IMG/VR virus record: IMGVR_UViG_3300024344_000020
Location: 1-52,254 of that record
DNA from: a virus
Lineage: Duplodnaviria; Caudoviricetes
DNA: 52,254 nucleotides
Strand: one strand, 5' to 3'
Part shown: positions 1 through 10,100 of the stretch, in pieces
Layout: every line of letters begins with the position of its first letter
Position numbering within the stretch: the stretch's first letter is position 1
Program-made: the position numbers and the translations under genes
The notes under the pieces: generated by a model
What the model was told of the DNA's origin: nothing
Seen by the model: the letters and a program-made list of their open reading frames with translations, nothing else
Databases searched by the model: none

Positions 1-394
1 TGACACAGCAGCAGCTAATGCCTTAGATGATTATGAGGAAGGTACTTGGACTCCTGCTACTTCCACAAGCGGCTATACCATAACAAATACATCGGGTTAT
101 TATACTAAAATAGGAAATATTGTTAGTCTGACTGGTCAGTTCACCATTTCTGTAGTAGGAACTAATAATGCAATTTTAAGCATTACGGGGCTTCCTTATA
201 CTTCCGCAACAGTAACTGGTTTCCATTATGTAGGTGTAGGCAGGGAGGTTCAGACAAGGGGACAGATGTATGTTACTCAAGTAAATGCAGGTCAGTCGGT
301 TATGGGTATGAATGCGATGGACGGGGTTGTAGCAGGAGATGCCAAGGTGTTTGTAACAGACAAGTATTCATTCAATGTAACATACCGAGTTTAA
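1..394 (+). CDS. Tail fibre protein, C-terminal part (5'-truncated by window edge)
   Basis: Frame 2 is open from the window start: DTAAANALDDYEEGTWTP...FNVTYRV, stop TAA at 392-394. The ANALDDYEEGTWTP motif is typical of marine phage tail fibre C-terminal domains. Not in the supplied ORF track because it has no start codon in the window. Confidence 0.75.
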   Translation, partial: DTAAANALDDYEEGTWTPATSTSGYTITNTSGYYTKIGNIVSLTGQFTISVVGTNNAILSITGLPYTSATVTGFHYVGVGREVQTRGQMYVTQVNAGQSVMGMNAMDGVVAGDAKVFVTDKYSFNVTYRV

Positions 395-450
395 TTACTC
401 CAAGTGGATTCTTGGAACGGACAAATTATTAACAACATAGGAACAAACAA

Positions 451-720
451 ATGGCTTTAAAAAAAACAGAAGTAGTAGATAAAACAGAGGTTTTAGAGAA
501 CGGTACAATTCAAATCCGTACAGCAACAAGAATTGATGAGGACGGTACATTATTATCATCATCATTTCACAGACACGTGCTTACACCAGGTCAAGACTTA
601 ACAGACCAAGACCCAAAGGTAGTAGCTATTGCTAATGCTGTATGGACACCAGAAGTAGTATCAGCGTATAACGATATGATTGCTGCTCAAGAAGCGGAGA
701 TGGCTACTGAAGCTGAGTAA
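451..720 (+). CDS. Conserved small tail-fibre-associated protein (possible chaperone)
   Basis: 89 aa, AGGA RBS upstream. The D-K-x-E-V...IQIRTAT...SSSFHRHVL pattern is recalled from small genes that follow marine phage fibre genes. Confidence 0.6.
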   Translation: MALKKTEVVDKTEVLENGTIQIRTATRIDEDGTLLSSSFHRHVLTPGQDLTDQDPKVVAIANAVWTPEVVSAYNDMIAAQEAEMATEAE

Positions 721-752
721 AAACACCAACTTAATTAAACTTGAAGGACAGT

Positions 753-1016
753 ATGACAACTAAGAAACAAGAACAGGAATCGTGGCACTTATCTAAGACT
801 GTCAACATATCACACCTAGCCACTACAGTAGTCCTGGTAGTAGGTATGGTATCTTATATAGGCGATATAGAGAGGGCAGTAGCAGTACAACAAGCTGAGA
901 TAGTTAACATTAAAGCTAAGATGGTAGAACATAAGGGTTCTTATGATGATATGTTTAGCCGTATCGATAAGAAGCTAGATAGATTATTTGAATTATTTCA
1001 CGAGAGTAAGGGATAA
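753..1016 (+). CDS. Single-TM membrane protein with coiled coil (holin-like candidate)
   Basis: Hydrophobic segment HLATTVVLVVGMVSYIG followed by a heptad-like region. The ATG at 753 has an AAGGA RBS and is preferred over the TTG at 741. Confidence 0.45.
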   Translation: MTTKKQEQESWHLSKTVNISHLATTVVLVVGMVSYIGDIERAVAVQQAEIVNIKAKMVEHKGSYDDMFSRIDKKLDRLFELFHESKG

Positions 1017-1019
1017 GTA

Positions 1020-1412
1020 ATGTATGGTAGCAATAGAAACAATAGTTCTAATACCAGATTGCTGGCTGCTATATCCCTATCTTCTCTGCTCCTAACCTCT
1101 TGCTCTAGCCTAGAACTAAAGAACCTAGGTAAGTCAGTAGCTACTACAGGTGTTACTTATGTAATCGCTGGACCTATCCCTGCTATAGCTAACGCAGCTA
1201 CTAGTATGGCATACGATGAGATAGTACCTGACAGTCCTGAGGTTACCGATATAGAGACGAAAGAACAGGCAGTGGCATACGTAGCTAAGGAGTGGAGTAA
1301 AGACCTCTTATATGGCTTCCTAGCGTTCCTGTTGGTCACTAACATAGTAGTACCTTGGTTGACTAGAAGACAAGGATATGCTAAGGCTAAAGATAAATAC
1401 AAAAACACTTGA
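1020..1412 (+). CDS. Lipoprotein with C-terminal TM helix (unimolecular-spanin-like architecture)
   Basis: Signal peptide ending in lipobox L-T-S-C. C-terminal hydrophobic stretch LLYGFLAFLLVTNIVVPWL followed by a basic tail. Confidence 0.5.
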   Translation: MYGSNRNNSSNTRLLAAISLSSLLLTSCSSLELKNLGKSVATTGVTYVIAGPIPAIANAATSMAYDEIVPDSPEVTDIETKEQAVAYVAKEWSKDLLYGFLAFLLVTNIVVPWLTRRQGYAKAKDKYKNT

Positions 1413-1437
1413 CAATCTAACAAAAGTGTGATATAAT
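1409..1437 (+). promoter_or_regulatory. Sigma70 consensus promoter for the internal virion protein operon
   Basis: TTGACA (1409-1414), 17-bp spacer, TATAAT (1432-1437), with TGn extended -10. Confidence 0.85.
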
Positions 1438-1465
1438 CGATATCTTTATAATAAAGGTTAATAAG

Positions 1466-1687
1466 ATGTCTAACAAGAAAGAAACAAACAACAACTCTAT
1501 AACAGTAGATGAAGAAGTAATTGATATTAATTCTTTATCTGATGAGTCAAGAATGTACTTAGACCATTTAGTTGATTTAGATAAACAAGTACAACAACTA
1601 AACTTTAAACTACAACAAGTAAGAACAGCTAAGACAGCTTTCTTAACTATGTTTAAGAACAGTAAGGATATTATAAAAAAGGAATAA
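1466..1687 (+). CDS. Small coiled-coil hypothetical protein
   Basis: 73 aa ORF directly downstream of the promoter and abutting the next gene; coiled-coil-like C-terminal half. Confidence 0.6.
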   Translation: MSNKKETNNNSITVDEEVIDINSLSDESRMYLDHLVDLDKQVQQLNFKLQQVRTAKTAFLTMFKNSKDIIKKE

Positions 1688-1690
1688 TAT

Positions 1691-3343
1691 ATGGCAACAA
1701 CAGGACTACCAGAAGAAGCTAAACCAGGTTACTACGACAGTAAAGGAGCATCTAAATCAAAAGCTGCTTATGATGTAGTAGCTGGTAATATTAAAGCACC
1801 TACAATACCTACTGGTGCAAAGCAGAAATATGAGAAAGGCACAGTGGGCACTGGGGAGATTCTTACTTCAGCTACTATGGGTGCTCCTACTTCTGTTAGT
1901 GGAAGAGCTATCTCTAAGCCTACGTTAGGAGCTGCAGATAAAGCAACTACTACAGGCATTAAAGCACCTACTGCTGTTAGAGCTTCTGGGTTTACTGCCG
2001 ATACTTCAGGCAAAGCTCCTACTGCTATTGGTGAGAAAGCTACTGGATTAACTGATACGGTAGCAGCACAGACAGGTAAAGCATCTACTATGACCGCAGC
2101 TACAGATACGGGGGCTATGACAGGAGCTCTTGCTGGTAGCGTTACTGGTGCGTTATCTGCTGGTTCTAAAGCTACTGCAGCTACAGGAACTACTCCTAGT
2201 GCTGCTTTAATGTCTACACAGTATAAGAACCTTATGGCTGATGTAGATGCTGATGGTGTTCCTAAGTTTGCTAAGCCTGCGTTAGAAGCTGCTGAGGCTG
2301 TGTTAGCTGCTAGAGGTATGGGTAAGTCTACTGTAGCAAGAGAAGCTATTATGTCAGCCATATCACAGGCTGCATTACCTATTGCGTCACAGAACGCACA
2401 GACAGAGCAACAAACCTTTATGGCTAACTTGTCTAACCAACAACAAGTAGCTGTTCAGAATGCACAGGCTCAAGTGGGTATGGATATGTCCAACCTTAAC
2501 TATAGTCAACAGAAAGCGTTATCAAATAGTAAGTTTATGCAAACACTACAGATGACTAACTTAGGTAATAGACAACAGTCAGCTGTACAGAATGCTTTAA
2601 CTATGTCTCAGATGGACGTAGCTAACTTATCTAATGCACAGCAAGCTCAGGTAGCAAATGCTCAAGCGTTCTTACAAATGGATATGTCTAATCTATCTAA
2701 CGCACAACAAGCAGCAACGCTTAACGCTCAGATGAGACAACAAGATATGTTATCTGACCAATCAGCTACTAATGCTTCAAGACAGTTTAACGCAGCTAAT
2801 GCACAGCAGGTGAATACCTTTATGGCTAGCTTAGGTACTCAAGTAGAGACAAGTAACGCACAGAGAGCAGACGCTATCAGTCAGTATAACTCACAGTTAT
2901 CACAACAAAGAGCTGCGTTAGATGCTGGTAATAACTTACAAGCACAACAACTTAACGCACAGATTAACTCACAGATTGACCAGTTCAACTCACAACTAAG
3001 TTTTAATCAAGACCAATTCAACGTACAGAATACTAACGCTATTAATCAATCTAACGCACAGTGGAGAAGACAGTTGAACACCGCTAATACAGCAGGTGAG
3101 AACGCAATGAATCAAGCTAACGCTATCAATATGTTTAATCTTTCTGCACAGTCACAAGCGTATATGTGGCAAGAGATGAGAGACAGTGCTAACTGGGCGT
3201 TTCAATCATCTATGAACGATGCAGACGCTAAGACTAGGTTAGCTATCTCAGCTATGGGTAACGAAGCTGCTACTGATGCTGCTAAAGGTAAGGCATTAGC
3301 TAAAGCAGGTGAGTTAGCTATAGATATCTGGAAAAATTACTAG
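1691..3343 (+). CDS. Internal virion / DNA ejection protein (Q/N/A-rich helical)
   Basis: 550 aa; A/T/G-rich N-terminal half, then repeated NLSNxQQ-type Q/N/A-rich helical repeats typical of podovirus ejection/pilot proteins; GGA RBS. Confidence 0.65.
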   Translation: MATTGLPEEAKPGYYDSKGASKSKAAYDVVAGNIKAPTIPTGAKQKYEKGTVGTGEILTSATMGAPTSVSGRAISKPTLGAADKATTTGIKAPTAVRASGFTADTSGKAPTAIGEKATGLTDTVAAQTGKASTMTAATDTGAMTGALAGSVTGALSAGSKATAATGTTPSAALMSTQYKNLMADVDADGVPKFAKPALEAAEAVLAARGMGKSTVAREAIMSAISQAALPIASQNAQTEQQTFMANLSNQQQVAVQNAQAQVGMDMSNLNYSQQKALSNSKFMQTLQMTNLGNRQQSAVQNALTMSQMDVANLSNAQQAQVANAQAFLQMDMSNLSNAQQAATLNAQMRQQDMLSDQSATNASRQFNAANAQQVNTFMASLGTQVETSNAQRADAISQYNSQLSQQRAALDAGNNLQAQQLNAQINSQIDQFNSQLSFNQDQFNVQNTNAINQSNAQWRRQLNTANTAGENAMNQANAINMFNLSAQSQAYMWQEMRDSANWAFQSSMNDADAKTRLAISAMGNEAATDAAKGKALAKAGELAIDIWKNY

Positions 3344-3355
3344 GATATTAATAAA

Positions 3356-3820
3356 ATGCCCGTACACCTAAGACAATTTGAGTATAGAGATGTAGAAGAG
3401 TTGACTAGGTTAGGTGTTATAAATCATTTAGAAAGTAGATTTGGTAAGATAGTTCCTGTTAATGAAGACTCAATTCAGAAATTAATCTTTAACGTACTAA
3501 CAGATGAAGACAGCTATATAGGTATAGTGGCGTTAGACGGTGAGAAGATAGTCGGTTATATGGTAGGTTTTATAACTAACTATTCTTTTAATGAAGATGC
3601 TTATTATGCCGCAGATGAGATGGTGTATGTGATTCCTGAGTACAGAGGTAAGTTAGTAGGTAAAAGAATACTAAAAGCTTTTCAAGACTGGGCAAAAAGA
3701 AAAGGTTGTTTAGAGGCAGTGATAGGAACGATATCAGAGATAGCAACAGAAAGAACAAAGAAATTATATAGTAAACTAGGATTCACTGAGGTGGGTTCAT
3801 TATTTAGAAAGAGGATATAA
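3356..3820 (+). CDS. GNAT family acetyltransferase
   Basis: Acetyl-CoA binding motif A (YVIPEYRGKLVGKRIL) and C-terminal LYSKLGF motif. Confidence 0.9.
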   Translation: MPVHLRQFEYRDVEELTRLGVINHLESRFGKIVPVNEDSIQKLIFNVLTDEDSYIGIVALDGEKIVGYMVGFITNYSFNEDAYYAADEMVYVIPEYRGKLVGKRILKAFQDWAKRKGCLEAVIGTISEIATERTKKLYSKLGFTEVGSLFRKRI

Positions 3821-3822
3821 GT

Positions 3823-5142
3823 ATGGGTGGCGCAGTAAAAAAAATTAAAAAGGTAGTCAAGAAAGTTACCAAGGTAGTAAAGAAGGTAGTTAAAGGTATT
3901 GGTAAAGTAGCTAAGAAAGTATGGAAAGGTGTTAAAGGAGTGGTGAAGAAAGTAGGTAAAGCTGTGGGTAAGCTCGGACCACTCGCGTCCATAGCCATTG
4001 GATTTATTCCTGGCTTCCAAGGACTGTGGGCTAACGCAGGTATCTGGGGAGCTATGGGTAAAGGTGCTATTACTGGTTTCATTACTAGCGGTGGTAAGCT
4101 TAAAGGTGCTCTTGTAGGTGCAGCTGGTGGTGGTCTTGGTTATGCGGCAACTCAAGGAGCAAGTGCTTTCAAAGGAGGTTGGGATAGTATGGGAGAAGGT
4201 GCGTCAATCTCGGATAAGCTAACTGCTGGTTTTAAATCAGTAGGTTCTTCTACTTCTGAAGGTGTTACTAATATGTACAAGAGTGCTAGTGATGTTATGT
4301 CTACTGGAGACTTTGGTAAAATTAATTACTTAGATGACGCAGGTAAGAGTATATACTCTAAAACTTTATTAGATGACGCTAACGCAGAAGTAGCTTATGA
4401 TAAAGCTATTGGTGATGTTGGTCCAGATATTCACGAAAGGGCTACTCAAAACTATGTTAATAAGAATCCTGCTGAGTTTGGTAAGCGTATGTCACCTAAG
4501 GTACAACAACGTATGATGAAGATGAGTATGGAAAGCGGACAATCAGGCGCTATACAACAAGCTAAAGCATTTGGTTATAACGAGGACGTAGGTAAAGCTT
4601 TTTATAAAGATTACACAAGTACTATTCAAAGAGCACCTGGCTCAGTAGCGTATCAAAGACAGATGGAAGAGATATACGACTACTCACAGGCTGCTAATAC
4701 AGGGCTAGAACAAGGTCGTGGGTTATGGGAACAGACAGGTGGAGTTAATAAGTCAACGTCATTCGATTGGGAAGGTGGTGTAGATTCTCCATATAAATAT
4801 ACCGCTGATGGTTTAAGAGCTACACGTGCTTCAGCAGCAGGTGGCACTCCTACATATATCTCACCTCAAGACGCAACCACAACAACTGAGAAGAAGAAAG
4901 ATAAGACACCTAATCTAGCAGACGCAGCTAAGAGTTTATTTGGCAGCTCTGGTGGTTCATCAGCAGGTTTACCTTTCTCTACTGGAGACGTAGGAGACCA
5001 ATACGCTGTGGCTGGTGGGTTAACATCGGTAGGTGGTGAAGCAGGTACAGGTGTTGATTTTGCACAGGATTACGGAGGTGCGTTAGGCGGTTCTGCTTAT
5101 GCTGCATTGCAGGGCAAACGATTTAAAAGTTTATTAGGATAA
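3823..5142 (+). CDS. Internal virion / ejection protein with Lys-rich amphipathic N-terminus and Gly-rich hydrophobic segment
   Basis: N-terminal about 50 aa of K/V/G periodic repeats, then Gly/Ala-rich putative membrane-inserting helices; position within the ejection protein operon. Confidence 0.6.
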   Translation: MGGAVKKIKKVVKKVTKVVKKVVKGIGKVAKKVWKGVKGVVKKVGKAVGKLGPLASIAIGFIPGFQGLWANAGIWGAMGKGAITGFITSGGKLKGALVGAAGGGLGYAATQGASAFKGGWDSMGEGASISDKLTAGFKSVGSSTSEGVTNMYKSASDVMSTGDFGKINYLDDAGKSIYSKTLLDDANAEVAYDKAIGDVGPDIHERATQNYVNKNPAEFGKRMSPKVQQRMMKMSMESGQSGAIQQAKAFGYNEDVGKAFYKDYTSTIQRAPGSVAYQRQMEEIYDYSQAANTGLEQGRGLWEQTGGVNKSTSFDWEGGVDSPYKYTADGLRATRASAAGGTPTYISPQDATTTTEKKKDKTPNLADAAKSLFGSSGGSSAGLPFSTGDVGDQYAVAGGLTSVGGEAGTGVDFAQDYGGALGGSAYAALQGKRFKSLLG

Positions 5143-5146
5143 TATA

Positions 5147-5674
5147 ATGGCAGAGAATATACAACAACATCAACAAATGGCAGAGGGTTTTGAACAACTA
5201 GGTGTTGACCCTTTTGATGCTCCTGTCCCAGGAGAGTCACTAACAGCAGACCCAGAGAACCAGAGACCTTATGAGAAACCACCAGAGTACTCTAATGTAG
5301 AGTCAGCGATGGCTGCTATCTTTGACCATCTAACGGCTGATGGTGCATACGAGAGTGTATTGGACGCTATGAGAGAAGGTGTTCCGTTAGATATGTTAGC
5401 TCAAGTATATTTAACTAAAGGCTTCCACGAGGGTAAATGGAATCCTGATTTAATGTTACTTCTTATTGAGCCTACTATCTATCTACTTATGTGGTTAGCT
5501 GCTGAGGTAGAAATTGACGCACAGTTAGACAGTGACGGTGATATCTGGGAAGAGGAAGAAGAGGATAACAAAATCAGAGAAGCTGCTAAAGAAGATATCA
5601 AGAAGCTGCAACCTGAAGAACTTAAAAGTAAGATGCCTAGTTCTTTGTTGTCTAAAATGAATGAGTTTGAGTAG
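5147..5674 (+). CDS. Acidic conserved virion-module protein
   Basis: 175 aa; the DAPVPGESLT...PYEKPP...GKWNPDLMLLLIEP pattern is recalled from marine podovirus structural operons; tight packing with neighbours. Confidence 0.6.
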   Translation: MAENIQQHQQMAEGFEQLGVDPFDAPVPGESLTADPENQRPYEKPPEYSNVESAMAAIFDHLTADGAYESVLDAMREGVPLDMLAQVYLTKGFHEGKWNPDLMLLLIEPTIYLLMWLAAEVEIDAQLDSDGDIWEEEEEDNKIREAAKEDIKKLQPEELKSKMPSSLLSKMNEFE

Positions 5675-5685
5675 GAGGCAGAGTA

Positions 5686-7104
5686 ATGAGTTTACTTGTT
5701 GATGTAATGAGTTTTGTTGGTGGTGCTACTGATAGAGCTAGAGAGTACGATAAAGCAGAGACAGAAAGAACACAACGTCTTGCAGAGATTAAAACTAAGA
5801 GACAGGATGAATTATTAAAAACTAAATGGTCTGAAGCTAAGAAGAAAAGAGATAAGGACGTAGAGAAATACGAAGGCTTTATGGATAAGGGTGGTGATAT
5901 CACTAGCCTAAGTGCACAAGCACATCTGTTAGGTTATAAAGACGTAACTGAAATGCAGAAAGATATCATCAACACTAAGAAAGCAGGTGGTGAGTTTGCT
6001 TGGGCTAAAGCTCCTGTTATGCCTCCTGAGTTAGAGGCTATTAAGTACGCAGATGAAGATGATATATATAAGTCTATGCTTAAGACACGTGGCACTACAG
6101 CGGGTCAGATATTTGAGGCTCTAGGTGGACCTAAGAGAGAAGTTAAAGAAGAGGTAATGACAGAAGACCAAGTTGGCTCTGCACCTACTTATAGAAGAGC
6201 TACACCTAGTACTCTAACAGAAGAACAGAAGAAAACTTTATCTGGTTATACATTTAAAGATGATGAAGACGGTAAGTTAGACGTTGAGAAGAAGAAAGAC
6301 TATTACTTCACTATGTATTCTGACCCTAAGTTATTCCCTGAACTAACGAGTGTTACTCCTGCTATGAAGGAACGTATTGCTTTTGATGTAGCTAATAAAA
6401 CAATAGCCTTAAACAAAGAAGGCTTACAGGTAGATATCTTCAAAGAAACCCTAAACTCTCTAAATGCTTTTGCAACAGAACAAGATGTTGAAACAGGCGT
6501 AGACCTTTCTGATACAAGCGTCCCTCAAGCAGAGCGTATAGAAAAGAAAAAAGAAATGAACGATGCTAAGGAAGCAGCGGATAAGCTTAAAGTTAAGTTA
6601 GCTGAAGAAGAACGCAAAAGGAAAGAGTGGGAGAGACAGCAACAGGTTAAGGCAGAGAAACAAAAACAGCAAACTAAAAAAGCTATCGAGACATCTCAAC
6701 CATATAAGGTTACCGCAACTGATATTGGTTTAGCAGGTAATGTATTAGAATCAGCAACTATGCTAGTTAAAGGTAAGCCTTTACAATTCCATAACGAACT
6801 GTCTTCAGATAATAAAAATAGAATAGAAGCGGACGTAGCTGGTAACGTTAATGCTATTATGAGTCAACGAAGAATAAGTCAAACAGAAGCATATGATTTG
6901 GCTACGGCTATTGCTAAGTCTGGTCTAACACACGAAGGCGATAACGTTGTTACTGATTTATTTACTGATGAGTTCTCATATCAATCTCCTATTATGAAGT
7001 GGCAAGATGTTTATGATACTTATAATGTATTGAAGAAGAGTAATCCTTCACTAACATACGATGATGTAGTACGTGCTATCTCTAATAAAAATAAGAAAAA
7101 ATAA
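5686..7104 (+). CDS. Putative internal virion protein (charged, coiled coil)
   Basis: 472 aa ORF with AGGAGG RBS, E/K-rich coiled coils, located just before the giant protein. Confidence 0.55.
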   Translation: MSLLVDVMSFVGGATDRAREYDKAETERTQRLAEIKTKRQDELLKTKWSEAKKKRDKDVEKYEGFMDKGGDITSLSAQAHLLGYKDVTEMQKDIINTKKAGGEFAWAKAPVMPPELEAIKYADEDDIYKSMLKTRGTTAGQIFEALGGPKREVKEEVMTEDQVGSAPTYRRATPSTLTEEQKKTLSGYTFKDDEDGKLDVEKKKDYYFTMYSDPKLFPELTSVTPAMKERIAFDVANKTIALNKEGLQVDIFKETLNSLNAFATEQDVETGVDLSDTSVPQAERIEKKKEMNDAKEAADKLKVKLAEEERKRKEWERQQQVKAEKQKQQTKKAIETSQPYKVTATDIGLAGNVLESATMLVKGKPLQFHNELSSDNKNRIEADVAGNVNAIMSQRRISQTEAYDLATAIAKSGLTHEGDNVVTDLFTDEFSYQSPIMKWQDVYDTYNVLKKSNPSLTYDDVVRAISNKNKKK

Positions 7105-7107
7105 TTT

Positions 7108-10100
7108 ATGACTATTCTATTATCGCAAGAAGACTTAGATACATATGGTGAGACTACTGAAATAGAACAAACAGAAGTAGCTCCAGTTGTTGAGGATACA
7201 AATAATGTAGTACTCTCTCAAGACGACTTGGAGAAGTTTGGTGGTATTACTAAATCACAAACTACAGCGCATATAGATGAGGCTTCTGACCCATTGTTCC
7301 AAGATGATGAAGTATCAATGGGTACTAAGTTTGCCTATGGTTTCCAGAAACAGCCTACTGACGTAGAGAACTTAGCTATCTATCTTGAAGCTAAGTATCC
7401 TATGCCTGGTTGGTCCACCTCTCATACATTGCCAAGTAAAGAAGGCAGTAGTTTCTTTAAGAGTGTTGATGAATTATATGGTGAGGGTTTTGAAGATAAG
7501 CCAGAAGATGAACGTAGAGAATTAATTCAACAATATAGACAAGAGTATATTGCTAGAGAATATCCAGTCCTCTCAGCTAAAGAAAAGACAGAGGGTAGTG
7601 AGTACGACAGAAGTTGGTCAGAAGCTGTAGGGGCGTTTACAGGTTTATTAGCTACACCTACAACATTAGTCCCTATAGGTCATACGTATAAAGCTGCCTC
7701 AGGTATAGGTGCTTTGTTAGGTTTCTCATATGGTGTGACAGAAGGCCTTGCTGAAAAAGGTGAGGTGGATTGGAATACTACTGGCACATATACTGCAGGT
7801 GGTGCTGTCTTGAGCCCTCTTATGATATGGGGTGGTAGACAATTTACTACACGCTTTAAGAAAGCTATGGACACCCGTAACCTTAAGAAGCAAACTAAAT
7901 CTGCAGAAGAATTAATAAATACATATGACTCGTTAGTCTATGAAGCAGTACATAAAGGTGAGACTGACCCTACACTACTATTTAAAAGACTTAACCAGAT
8001 GTTAGGTGTTACTAACGATGATTTAACGCAAGCTGCTAAGTTGGCTGAACGTAAGATATATGTACCTACAAAGAAAGAAGCTGACTTATACTTTGAAACT
8101 ATAGCACACGTTGAAGGTAAAGCTGCCAAACCTGGTGGTGGTTTCGATGAATATCTAGGTGTACTTAGCACACGTGTTAAAAATATAAACGTACCTATCT
8201 GGCACAGACTACGTAAATTAGAGTATAATCAACACGCTAGACTACATACTAACTATACTGAGGTAGCTCCTTTCTTAGAGGGGCTATCTAAAGTAAAAGG
8301 ACCAGAGAAAGATGCTTTGATTCTGAGCCTATATAATGGAAAGAATAGACAAGTAGAAGCCTTACTTAAGAAACAAGGTAATATGGAGCTGTTAGATGCC
8401 TTTAAAGCCACACAACAAACCTTAAATAAGCTACACCAAGAAGCTACTGACGCAGGACTAACATTAGGTTATAAAGAAAACTACTTCCCTAGAATTGTTA
8501 AAGATGTTGATGGTATGCAACAGTACTTTGGTAAGGATAGACGTGATGAGATTCTAAGAATGATTGAAGATGCGGCTATTGCTAAGGGTGAAATACTAAC
8601 TAAAGCAGAGCAAGCAGACGTTGTTAATAATTATCTTATCGGTAAGAAGTATTTAGTAGGTGGTAAGTTTACTGCGTTTAATAAAGAACGTAAGATTGAG
8701 ATAGTAACTCCTGAACTATTAAAGTTCTATGAAAATCCTGAGCAAGCGTTACACACGTACATTAGACGTGTTGTATCAGAAACAGAGAAGAAGAAGTTCT
8801 TTGGTAACGCTTGGGAGAAAGGTGGTCTAGATAGTACAGATATTGATGAGTCTATTGGTAGATTACTTCTAGAAGAACGTAGGATAGGTAACGTAGCTCC
8901 AGGTGATGCTACTGAGTTAGGTAGATTATTACAGCTAAGGTTTGGTCCAGGTGAACAAGGACCTAAGAAATGGATTCAAGCGTCTAAGAGTATATTATAT
9001 GCACAGACACTTGGTAACCCAGTATCAGCTGTTACGCAGTTAGGTGATATATTTCTATCCTCATATAAGAATGGTATTAAACCTACAGTACAGGCTCTGT
9101 TATCTAAGAAAAAGATTAAGTTAGCTGACTATGGCTTCACGGATATTGCTGAAGAATTTGCCTCTAAAACTAGAACAGCTGAATTTATGCGTAAGACATT
9201 TAAGTGGGGTGGTTTTAGTAGGGTTGACAGATTAGGTAAAGAAACATTACTTAATAGCTCATTCCTAAAGTACACAAAAGAAGTAAGTACTCCTGCAGGA
9301 ATGAAAGCCTTTAGAAAGAAATGGAGAAAAGCTTTCGGTGATGACATCAACGAGCTGGCTGAGAACTTAAAGAACGGTAACGTTGATAACGACCAGGTAC
9401 GTCTCTTGCTATGGCACGACTTATCTGATATGCAGCCTATTTCATTATCTGAGATGCCCGCTAAGTATCTAGCAAGTCCAGACGGTAGAGCGCTATATAT
9501 GCTTAAGACGTTTACTATTAAACAGTTTGATATTATGAGGAGAGATGCTTTCCAATTAATGAAGAATAAAGAAACAAGAGCTGAAGGTGTTAAGAACTTA
9601 ATTAAGTACGCTACTATCTTTACTGCAGGTAATATGACATCAGATAGTATTAAGTCTTGGATGTTAGGTAGAGAATATGACATAGAAGATTCATCTCTTA
9701 ACTCCCTATGGAGACTTATTGGTTTAAGTAAATACTCAGGTGAGCAGCTTGGAGATAAACCTTTAGATGTTATCTGGGGTTTAGCTAAACCACCTATAAA
9801 TATTTGGGGTGATATGTTATCTGCAGCGCAGGACGCTATGGACTTTGATGACGATACTGAAGCATCTGATAAGTGGGTCAAGGGTGTACCTATTGTAGGT
9901 AAGCCTGTATATGAACACTTGTTAGGCGGTAAAGAAGAGTATCAAGATAAGATGGACAAACAGCGTAGAGGTTTTAGACGTGGAGGTATAGTCGCACAAG
10001 CGAACCGCTTGGGTTTTAATGAGGGGGGTAATGTTCAAAAAAACCCTTGTGAAGGGAAGGAAGGCTTAGCACTACAAATGTGTAATCTTAAACAAGAGGT

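Noticed and set aside
1768-2361. 197-aa antisense ORF, and similar ones at 3682-4155, 9129-9881 and 48954-49478
   Set aside because: They are mirror frames of strongly biased or repetitive sense genes, with no RBS and no protein-like motifs.
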